32,000 nucleotides of DNA. Origin: a virus. The stretch covers positions 11,319-43,318 of IMG/VR virus record IMGVR_UViG_3300031576_000027; one strand, given 5' to 3'. Shown piece by piece: positions 7,817 through 14,542 of the stretch. Made by a program: the position numbers and the translations under genes. The notes under the pieces were generated by a model, which made no database searches, was not told the DNA's origin, and saw only the letters and a program-made list of their open reading frames with translations. Positions within the stretch are counted from its first letter, which is position 1; each line of letters begins with the position of its first letter.

Positions 7817-8491
7817 ATGACGACAGGGAACGGAGCGGCAACGGCGGTCAACGAGGACCAGGTCAAGTACAAGACCGGCAAGACCAGCGGTAAGGGCGTG
7901 GTGGAGTTCGCGGAACCGTACGCGGTGGAAGTGTCCATCGCTGGCACGGAAGTACTCCTGATGCACCGCTGGGACACGGAAGCCGTGGCGGCGAAAGGCC
8001 GAGCCAAAAAAGGCTCTGCCGAGAAGAAGTCCGACAACATCGAAAGCTACTGCTACCGGACGGCGGACGGGGAATTGTGCATCCCGGGCCTGAACATCAA
8101 GGCTGCGATCTGCGAGGCCGCACGCTACATGCAGGACCCCAGGTCCCCGCGCAAGAGCGCGCGTGACTTGTTCCGCGCCGGCATCAAGATCAAGGGCGAC
8201 GCGCTGCTGGGCAAGGACACCTGGGACTTCATCGACACCCGAAAGGTCAACGTTCAGCGCAACGCCGTCCCCCGGTCGCGGCCGGCGTTCAATGCCGGTT
8301 GGTCCACGGACTTCGTCGTGTCGATTCTCCTGCCGGAGTACATCGACCAGGACACGTTGCACCAGGCAATCGAGCGCGCCGGGCGACTGGTCGGGGTCGG
8401 TGACTTCCGGCCGGACTTCGGCTTGTTCAGAATCGACAGTTACAAACTGATGACCGACGACGACGTGAAGGATCGCAAGAAGCGGAAGTGA
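7817..8491 (+). CDS. hypothetical protein (weak RAMP-like motifs, unverified)
   Basis: GACAGGAGG upstream of the ATG. 224 aa with G/C-rich third positions. CIPGLNIKAAICEAAR and C-terminal GRLVGVGDFRPDFGLFRI. Confidence 0.7.
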   Translation: MTTGNGAATAVNEDQVKYKTGKTSGKGVVEFAEPYAVEVSIAGTEVLLMHRWDTEAVAAKGRAKKGSAEKKSDNIESYCYRTADGELCIPGLNIKAAICEAARYMQDPRSPRKSARDLFRAGIKIKGDALLGKDTWDFIDTRKVNVQRNAVPRSRPAFNAGWSTDFVVSILLPEYIDQDTLHQAIERAGRLVGVGDFRPDFGLFRIDSYKLMTDDDVKDRKKRK

Positions 8492-8585
8492 TCGTGGCGG
8501 GGTACGGCGAGCCAGGCTCTGGTCTGGTTTGGCCAGGCGCGGCTGGGCGAGCCACGCCGCGGCGCGGCAAGGCAAGGCGCATCAC

Positions 8586-8613
8586 CCCACGCGCGCCTAT
8601 CCGCGCGCGTGGG
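8586..8613 (+). other. strong GC hairpin (11-bp stem)
   Basis: CCCACGCGCGC-ctatcc-GCGCGCGTGGG. Confidence 0.7.
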
Positions 8614-8909
8614 ACCAAGCAGCTGGTCTTTGACAACCGATGTGGCAGCAGGGCTAGGCTAGGCGCGGTTCGGCAGGACATGGCCAGGTAAGGCGTGTCA
8701 TGTCGGGGTTCGGTTCGGCAAGGCAGGGCAAGCCGTGACGTGGCAAGGTTCGGCGTGGCAAGGCTGGGCTGGGCAAGGATCGGCGCCAGGCAGCGCAGCT
8801 GGCGTCGGCTAGATCAAGGCATGGCGGTCCGAGGCCGGGCGGGATGTGGCTAGGTCTGGCAAGGCCGGGCGGGTCACGGCTGGGCTAGGCGCGGCAAGGC
8901 GAGGCTAGC

Positions 8910-8964
8910 GGGACGTCTGGTTGGACCAGTCCGGTGGCCGGTTCGATTCCGGCACGTTCCATCA
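8910..8964 (+). other. tRNA-like minihelix (acceptor stem plus T-arm, no anticodon arm)
   Basis: GCCGG-TTCGATT-CCGGC T-arm (8937-8953). GGGACGT (8910-8916) pairs with ACGTTCC (8954-8960) with one G-T. Only a 4-bp hairpin (ctgg-ttgga-ccag) lies in between. Confidence 0.45.
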
Positions 8965-9390
8965 GATCCCAGGCGCGGCGGGGCAGTGCATGCCTCGGCA
9001 TGGCTGGGCAAGGCGAGGCGGTCCATGGCGTGGCTTGGCAGGACGTGGTACGGCGTGGACATCGGAGCCGCGGGGTCGCACCTGCGGCGCCGGCCAGGAC
9101 GGGGCGAGGTCAGGCAAGGTGTGGTCAGGTCTGGCGTGGCATGGCCAGGCACGGTCGGGCAAGGCACGGCGGGGCATGGATCGCCGGGCGGCTCAATGCC
9201 GTCCCCGGCGGCTAGTGGTCCGGGCATGGTAGGGCCGGGCACGGCGCGGCTAGGCTTGGCGCGGCGGTGGCGGGGTTGGGCCTGGTTGGGTGGCGGCTAG
9301 GACGACGGGGCATGGCGAGGCAAGGCTTGGTTCGGCCAGGCGTGGTTAGGCGGGGCAAGGCAAGAGGTTGGCGTGGCAAGGCAAGTGTTC

Positions 9391-9419
9391 GACTGGCCGG
9401 GATCGCATCCAGGCCAGTC
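9391..9419 (+). other. hairpin (8-bp stem, 13-nt loop)
   Basis: GACTGGCC-gggatcgcatcca-GGCCAGTC. Confidence 0.6.
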
Positions 9420-9568
9420 GGCTAGATCCAGGCGGGGCTGGGCAAGGTGACGGCGAGGTAAGGCCGGGTTGGGCGTGGCAGGGCTAGGGTAGGTGCGGCA
9501 GGGACAGGCGTGGCATGGCGCCGCATGGCTAGATGCGGCATCGTAGGGATCGAACAGGAGGGACGACC

Positions 9569-11050
9569 GTGAAGATTCTCAATGTCCGTGGCGGTTTCGC
9601 GACCAACAGCAGCAGCACCCACTCTCTGCTGCTCCTGCCACCAGGGATCAAGGCATCCGACGACGTCGATGGCGGCCACTTCGGGTGGGACTTCTTCACG
9701 GCGGCATCCCGGGAGGCCAAACTGGACTACCTGGGCGAGATTCTGCGCGGCAATCTGGAGGCCGTGTTCGCTGCGGACTGGCAGGACGACACGGCGCGGG
9801 AGGCCAGGGATGCCAAGGTGGCCGGCATCGTGGCGGGCCTGATCGGGATGGAACCCAAGGGCGATGGTGTGGACCACCAGTCCGAGTGGGTGCTGCCGCG
9901 CAGCTGGGACGGCCAGGGTCTGGACGCGGACTTCGTGCGGGACCTGATGATCTGGATGATGCAGGACCGCCTGGCGATCCTGGGTGGCAACGACAACACC
10001 GACCAGACCCACCCGCTGGAAGGGCCCAGCGCCAGTGGCTTCCAGTTGCCGCTGGAACGCGATCGCAGATCGGCCGTCACGGTGGCGCGCCGGGATGATC
10101 TGCGCGGCGGGTACTGGGTGGTGTTCTCCCGGGACCACGGCAACAAGGTCCGCTTCCGCTTCGACACGGTCCACGACCGGCAGGCGGCTGCGCCTGACAA
10201 GTCCACCTGGCCGGAACTGGTGGACGTGAAGATCACGGACTGGTGCGACGCCGGCTGCAGCTACTGCTACCAGGGCAGCACGGTCCGCGGACAGCACGCC
10301 GACCTGGACTGGATCACGCGCCTGGCCGACGGCCTGGCCTCGATGCGCGTCTTCGAAGTGGCGCTGGGCGGCGGCGAGCCGACGGCGCATCCACACTTCC
10401 AGCAGATCCTGAACGTGTTCCGCAACCGTGGCGTGGTCCCGAACTTCACGACCAAGTCGCTGACCTGGTTGGACGGCCCCGGCGCGGTGGACATCCTGGA
10501 CACGTGCGGGACCTTCGCCTACAGCTGCGACACTGGCGACGAGGTCAGAATGCTGGCCCGACACTTGGACGCGGGCACCGTCGTGGCCAACCTGGGTGGC
10601 GAGCACCGATCGGACGTGGTCTGGCGCTGGCCGCGCCCCAACGTCCACCACGTCCTGGGATCGCAGGACATCGACGCGCTGCCCTACATCGTCAGGGCCT
10701 GCCACAAGGCGGGCCTGCAGCTGGTCCTGCTGGGCTTCAAGGACCAGGAGCGCGGGCACGGCCACAAGGTCTACCCGCACGATGGCTGGATCGACGCAGT
10801 GCGGTCCGCCTTGTCAGACAAGTCGTACGTGCGTGTCGCCATCGACACCGTCCTGGCCAGCCGGTACCAGGATCAGCTGCGGGCCAAGGGCGTGCCGCAG
10901 GTGATGTTCACGGTGCGGGAGGGAGCGTTCTCCTGCTACGTCGATGCGGTCGGCAAGACAGTCGCCCCGTCGTCCTTCTGCGATCGCGGTATGTACCGGC
11001 CAGTGGCGCCGGACGCGCAGTCGCTGACGATGGCCTACGGGATGTTCTGA
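9569..11050 (+). CDS. two-domain radical SAM enzyme (unknown N-terminal domain plus radical SAM core with Cys-containing C-terminal extension)
   Basis: ACAGGAGGGACGACC precedes GTG 9569. CDAGCSYCY = CxxxCxxC cluster, followed by ALGGGEP (SAM-binding GGEP). C-terminal FSCYVDAVGKTVAPSSFC resembles a twitch/SPASM-type element. The N-terminal ~225 aa (GGFATNSSSTHS...) are unassigned. Confidence 0.8.
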   Translation: MKILNVRGGFATNSSSTHSLLLLPPGIKASDDVDGGHFGWDFFTAASREAKLDYLGEILRGNLEAVFAADWQDDTAREARDAKVAGIVAGLIGMEPKGDGVDHQSEWVLPRSWDGQGLDADFVRDLMIWMMQDRLAILGGNDNTDQTHPLEGPSASGFQLPLERDRRSAVTVARRDDLRGGYWVVFSRDHGNKVRFRFDTVHDRQAAAPDKSTWPELVDVKITDWCDAGCSYCYQGSTVRGQHADLDWITRLADGLASMRVFEVALGGGEPTAHPHFQQILNVFRNRGVVPNFTTKSLTWLDGPGAVDILDTCGTFAYSCDTGDEVRMLARHLDAGTVVANLGGEHRSDVVWRWPRPNVHHVLGSQDIDALPYIVRACHKAGLQLVLLGFKDQERGHGHKVYPHDGWIDAVRSALSDKSYVRVAIDTVLASRYQDQLRAKGVPQVMFTVREGAFSCYVDAVGKTVAPSSFCDRGMYRPVAPDAQSLTMAYGMF

Positions 11051-11105
11051 TGCGGCGTGGCATGTCCAGGCTGGGCTAGGCAGGGCGCGGCAAGGCGGGG
11101 TTTGG
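11051..11105 (+). repeat. (GGCNN)n pentamer-phased repeat patch
   Basis: tgcgg cgtgg catgt ccagg ctggg ctagg caggg cgcgg caagg cgggg. Confidence 0.65.
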
Positions 11106-11139
11106 GCACCGCGCGGTTGACGATCTGACCGCGCGGTGC
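11106..11139 (+). other. 11-bp GC hairpin downstream of the radical SAM gene
   Basis: GCACCGCGCGG-ttgacgatctga-CCGCGCGGTGC; no U-tract. Confidence 0.6.
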
Positions 11140-11152
11140 TGTAGTCCGTGGC

Positions 11153-11525
11153 GGACAGAGGTTCCTTTACTGGATGGGCCGCGGCCTCCTGGTGCGACAC
11201 CAGGCGCTGTTCGTGATGCAGGCGGGTGGGACAGTGACCACGACCGGCTCATACCCGGTGCATCCCGGTGCGATCCCGGGGCCTGCTACCAAGCGCGCCA
11301 AGGCCGGGCAGGCTGCGGCGCAGATCCTATCCACCAACAGCGGACGACCCGACCGTGACGAATCCGGGAGGGAGCGACGGGCCAGGGCAACCTGGCCCGT
11401 TGTCTGTCCAGGGGTTGACGCTGGGCTGGGACATGTCACCATGGTGGTGGTCGTCAGGCGCCGTCAACGGCGCCCGTCGGACCTCCTGTCAGGGGGCCCC
11501 GCTCGTCACGGGGCCCCCGTTTTGT
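11153..11525 (+). ncRNA. candidate structured non-coding RNA / structured 3' UTR ending in an intrinsic terminator
   Basis: No credible ORF. Stable hairpins include GGGCCAGG-GCAA-CCTGGCCC (11379-11398, GNRA loop) and GGCGCCG-tcaa-CGGCGCC (11457-11474). Possible closing helix 11153-11165 / 11479-11490. Terminator at 11492-11525. Confidence 0.4.
11492..11525 (+). terminator. canonical rho-independent terminator
   Basis: GGGGGCCCCG-ctcgtca-CGGGGCCCCC followed by GTTTTGT. Confidence 0.85.
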
Positions 11526-11555
11526 ACGCGGCGCCAGGCCCGCACCTGTATGTGG

Positions 11556-11595
11556 TTATTTTCTTGTTGCATCCAAGGCCGACCTGTGGGATCAT
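11556..11595 (+). promoter_or_regulatory. conserved AT-rich promoter motif, copy 1 (sigma70/sigmaA-like)
   Basis: TTATTTTCTTGTTGCAT: TTGCAT (11567-11572), 17 nt, GATCAT (11590-11595). Followed by the ACAGGAGGACGACGACG start region of gene 11619. Confidence 0.6.
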
Positions 11596-11618
11596 ACCCA
11601 TGACAGGAGGACGACGAC

Positions 11619-11966
11619 GTGATGCACCTAGTGACGACGGACCAGGATCTGCTGGCGCGGTTGTGCCAACTGCTGGATGGCCAGCCGGCCGGCGTGATCA
11701 TGCGCGCGATCGCCAACGGCCAGGCGGTCCCCTACGCCGACATGATGCGCGCGCTGCTGGACGCGATGCGGTCCGTAGAGGGTGACGACCGCCTGCGGAT
11801 CGTGGCCTGCGCATCCGCAGCGACGCGGACGCGGTTCGACGCCGAGGGCCGCGTGCGCAAGATGGACCGTGACGAGCGGATGGCCGTGGCCCCGTGGTCC
11901 CCGATCCTGCGCAGCATGGGGATCCTGGACCCGCGGTACATCCCCCCGTTGCCCAGCCCGGACTGA
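11619..11966 (+). CDS. hypothetical protein (first gene of the MoxR/VWA operon)
   Basis: ACAGGAGGACGACGAC precedes GTG 11619 / ATG 11622. G/C-rich third positions. Confidence 0.7.
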   Translation: MMHLVTTDQDLLARLCQLLDGQPAGVIMRAIANGQAVPYADMMRALLDAMRSVEGDDRLRIVACASAATRTRFDAEGRVRKMDRDERMAVAPWSPILRSMGILDPRYIPPLPSPD

Positions 11967-12016
11967 TCCTGCTACAAGACCGCAGCACCTGACCCGATCC
12001 GACAGGAGACGACGAC

Positions 12017-13207
12017 ATGACGACGACCCCCGCAGCAACCGCGCTGGCCCTGGCCGTACAGGCACGACTGCCTGTCTTGATGGAGGGTGACCCGGGCGTG
12101 GGCAAGACCAGCTTCACGATCGCCCTGGCCGGTGCGCTCAAGGAGCACCTGGAGGTGGTCATCGCGTCGATCCGCGAGCCCGCCGACTTCGCCGGGCTGC
12201 CCGTGATCGACAAGGACGACACGCAATCCACCGTCCAGGCGCTGCTGGCGCTGGGTCTGGTGGATGCGGACAAGATCCAGGGCGCCAAACTGGACAGCGC
12301 CCGGCACGCGCCCAACGTCTACCTGGCGGCGCCGGCCTGGGCCCGCCGGCTGGCCAAGACGGGCGGCATCCTGTTCCTGGACGAGATCAGCTGCACCCCG
12401 CCGGCCGTCCAGGCTGCGCTGTTGCGCGTGATCCTGGACCGGGTGGTGGGCGATCTGGAACTGTCGCCGGACAAGGTCGCGATCGTGGCGGCCTGCAACC
12501 CGGCGGACCGGGCCGCGGGAGGGTGGGACCTGGCCCCGCCGCTGGCCAACCGCTTCCTGCACCTGCGCTGGCGGATGCAGGCTGACCAGTGGATCGAGGG
12601 CATGGTCGCCGGATGGGGCAGCCCGGTGGTGCCAACGCTGCCCAAGGGCTGGCGCGAGCAGCGGCCTCGCTCCGCGGCACTGATCGCGTCCTTCATCCAG
12701 GCGCGGCGCCAACTGCTGCACCAGTTCCCCAAGGAGGAGTCGCAGCAGTCCAAGGCGTGGGCCAGCCCGCGGACCTGGGACATGGCCGCAACGGCGCTGT
12801 GCGCGGCGGACGGTGCCGGCGCCGGGGATGACGTCCAGGTGGAACTGGTTGCCGGATGCGTGGGCGAGGCGGCCGCCATGGAGTTTCTGAACTGGCGGAA
12901 GGAACTGGACCTGCCGGACCCGGAAGACCTGCTGGCCAACCCCGCGAGCCTCAAACTGCCTGGCCGTGGCGATCGCGCCTACGCGGTGCTGTCCAGCGTG
13001 GCGTCCGCAGTGCTGTCCAAGAACACCCCGGAGCGGTGGGCGGCCGGCTGGAAGGTGCTGGCCCGGGCCACGGCGCTCAACTCCAGCGACGTCGCGGCCG
13101 CGGCCGCCCGCGCGCTCGCGCGCAACGTCCCTAAGGGCGCCAAGGTCCCCAAGGAGGCGGCGGACTTCGCGCCGCTGCTGCAGGCCGCCGGCCTGATGTC
13201 GCGCTGA
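12017..13207 (+). CDS. MoxR-like AAA+ ATPase (AAA_5 type)
   Basis: Walker A LMEGDPGVGKTS, Walker B ILFLDEIS, sensor-1 VAACNP. ACAGGAGACGACGAC precedes the ATG. Confidence 0.85.
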   Translation: MTTTPAATALALAVQARLPVLMEGDPGVGKTSFTIALAGALKEHLEVVIASIREPADFAGLPVIDKDDTQSTVQALLALGLVDADKIQGAKLDSARHAPNVYLAAPAWARRLAKTGGILFLDEISCTPPAVQAALLRVILDRVVGDLELSPDKVAIVAACNPADRAAGGWDLAPPLANRFLHLRWRMQADQWIEGMVAGWGSPVVPTLPKGWREQRPRSAALIASFIQARRQLLHQFPKEESQQSKAWASPRTWDMAATALCAADGAGAGDDVQVELVAGCVGEAAAMEFLNWRKELDLPDPEDLLANPASLKLPGRGDRAYAVLSSVASAVLSKNTPERWAAGWKVLARATALNSSDVAAAAARALARNVPKGAKVPKEAADFAPLLQAAGLMSR

Positions 13208-13221
13208 CTGGAGGGATGACG

Positions 13222-14517
13222 ATGGATGCCCATACCGCCTTCGCCGCAGCCCGCCTGCGCGCCGCAACCGATCGGCCCTACCTGTCCAGCGCGCTGTGGG
13301 CGCTGATCCCCGTGGTCAAGCCCGGGGTCCCGACCATGGCCTGCGACAAGTACTGGCGGGTCTACTACGACCCGGACGTGATCACGACCTGGCCGCTGGA
13401 TCAGGCGGCCGGCGCCGTCTATCACGAGGTCAGCCACCTGCTGCGCGAGCACGCGGAGCGGATGGAGGCGTACCCGTGGCCCACGGACCTGCTGCCCGAA
13501 GTCGTGCAGATCATCAACAACCTGGCGACGGACGCCGAGGAGAACGACGACCTGCTGGCCGAGGGCGTCAAGTTCCCGGTGGATCCGGTGACGCCCGCTA
13601 GCCTGGGCAAGATGGTCGGCAAGACGGTGGACAAGGGCCAGTTGGCCGAGGTCTACGTCCAGATCCTGCTGGACAACCTCCCCGCGCAGGCGGGTGGCAA
13701 ATGCGCCGGCAAGGGCCTAGGTGCCAGCGGGATGGCCAAGGGCGTGGGCGGCGGCAAGTGTGGCAGCTGCAGCCACGGCGGCCAGGATCCCTGGGAGGAA
13801 CCGGCGCCAGGTGACAAGGCCGGCAAGGACGCGGCGCCTGGCATCGGCAAGGCAGAGGGGGAGCTGATCCGCCGGCAGGTCGCCCGCGAGATCCAAGAGG
13901 CCAGCAAGACGCAGGGCAACATCCCTGGCGGCTGGCGGCGCTGGGCGGACGCCAAGCTCAAGCCCCAGGTGGATTGGCGCAAGCAGCTGCGGTCCATGGT
14001 CCGGGCGGCCGCGTACGAGGTCATGGGCGCGGCGGACTACAGCTACCGTCGCCCGGCCCGCCGGCAGGATGTGGCGCCGCGCGTCGTCCTGCCGTCGCTG
14101 CGACAGCCCGTGCCGTCGATCGCCTTCGTGATCGACACGTCCGGGTCCATGGCCAATGAGCAGGTGGCGCAGGGGATCGTGGAGGTCGGTGGGGCGCTCA
14201 AGGGCCTGGGACTGCGGGACGGTGTGCACGTGCTGGCCGTGGACGCGGCGGTGCACAGCTGCAAGCGGGTCTTCGACGCCCGGCAGATCCAGCCCCTGGG
14301 TGGTGGTGGCACGGACATGACGCTAGGGATCCAGCGCGCCATGGCGATCCGGCCCAAGCCCCAGGTGGTGGTGGTGCTGACGGACGGGTACACGGGTTGG
14401 CCTGCCCAGCGGCCGGCCGGCACGCGCGTCGTTGTCGGCATGATCGGCACCAAGGAGAAGGCGCCGGACTGGGCGCGGGTGCTGCACATTCCGGTGCACG
14501 GCAAGGCCGCGGCCTGA
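13222..14517 (+). CDS. VWA-domain protein with N-terminal HExxH metallopeptidase-like domain (DUF2201-like architecture)
   Basis: GGAGGG lies 6 nt upstream of ATG 13222 (track start 13216 is in the same frame). YHEVSHLLREH (HExxH). MIDAS motif AFVIDTSGSM. VVVLTDG. Confidence 0.85.
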   Translation: MDAHTAFAAARLRAATDRPYLSSALWALIPVVKPGVPTMACDKYWRVYYDPDVITTWPLDQAAGAVYHEVSHLLREHAERMEAYPWPTDLLPEVVQIINNLATDAEENDDLLAEGVKFPVDPVTPASLGKMVGKTVDKGQLAEVYVQILLDNLPAQAGGKCAGKGLGASGMAKGVGGGKCGSCSHGGQDPWEEPAPGDKAGKDAAPGIGKAEGELIRRQVAREIQEASKTQGNIPGGWRRWADAKLKPQVDWRKQLRSMVRAAAYEVMGAADYSYRRPARRQDVAPRVVLPSLRQPVPSIAFVIDTSGSMANEQVAQGIVEVGGALKGLGLRDGVHVLAVDAAVHSCKRVFDARQIQPLGGGGTDMTLGIQRAMAIRPKPQVVVVLTDGYTGWPAQRPAGTRVVVGMIGTKEKAPDWARVLHIPVHGKAAA

Positions 14518-14542
14518 TGCGCGGACAACCCGACTGCCACAA

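Larger units (their letters stand above)
8492..9560 (+). repeat. ~1.07-kb non-coding tract of degenerate 5-nt-phased (GGCNN)n / CNNGG repeats
   Basis: No credible ORF; all frames give low-complexity G/R/A/W strings. In 8649-8783 there are 27 consecutive pentamers in one phase: 22 end in GG and 21 start with C. 5 is not a multiple of 3, so the periodicity is non-coding. Confidence 0.85.

Noticed and set aside
8630-8660. Promoter based on a perfect TTGACA at 8630-8635
   Set aside because: A few perfect TTGACA hexamers are expected by chance in 64 kb of two-strand sequence. The best TAnnnT (TAGGCT) is 19 nt away, and no gene follows for ~900 nt.
8889-8964. Canonical tRNA gene
   Set aside because: The T-arm is convincing. 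However, counting back 48 nt from it gives GCGCGGC, which cannot pair with the 3' acceptor strand ACGTTCC. The only pairing partner (8910-8916) leaves just 20 nt for the D and anticodon arms. I kept it only as a tRNA-like minihelix or possible att-core candidate.
8492-9560. CRISPR array
   Set aside because: The repetition is a degenerate 5-nt phase. It is not a set of identical 25-40-nt direct repeats separated by unique spacers of constant length, and there are no cas genes in the window.
8910-9560. Integration module (attP plus integrase) or other mobile element
   Set aside because: No integrase, recombinase, transposase or excisionase-like ORF is present anywhere in the window, so lysogeny functions cannot be claimed from the tRNA-like fragment alone.
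9422-10780. 452-aa minus-strand ORF, and similar long antisense ORFs at 4508..5650, 11972..13267, 15852..16526, 25357..26319, 26539..27438 and 27528..28793
   Set aside because: These are shadow ORFs typical of high-GC DNA. They lie antisense to plus-strand genes that have recognisable domains, SD sequences and G/C-rich third positions. Their products are low-complexity Arg/Pro/Gly/Ala/His strings.
11221-11245. T-box riboswitch element (GGGTGG..ACCACG)
   Set aside because: It resembles the T-box core only with a 6-nt insertion. It lies ~250 nt upstream of the terminator instead of inside an antiterminator. No aminoacyl-tRNA synthetase or amino-acid gene follows.
11174-11785. 203-aa ORF covering the non-coding gap after the radical SAM gene
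   Set aside because: It reads through a canonical terminator (11492-11525), promoter copy 1, and the SD and start of gene 11619, in a different frame. Codon bias decays after the first ~60 codons. I treat the region as non-coding or structured RNA.
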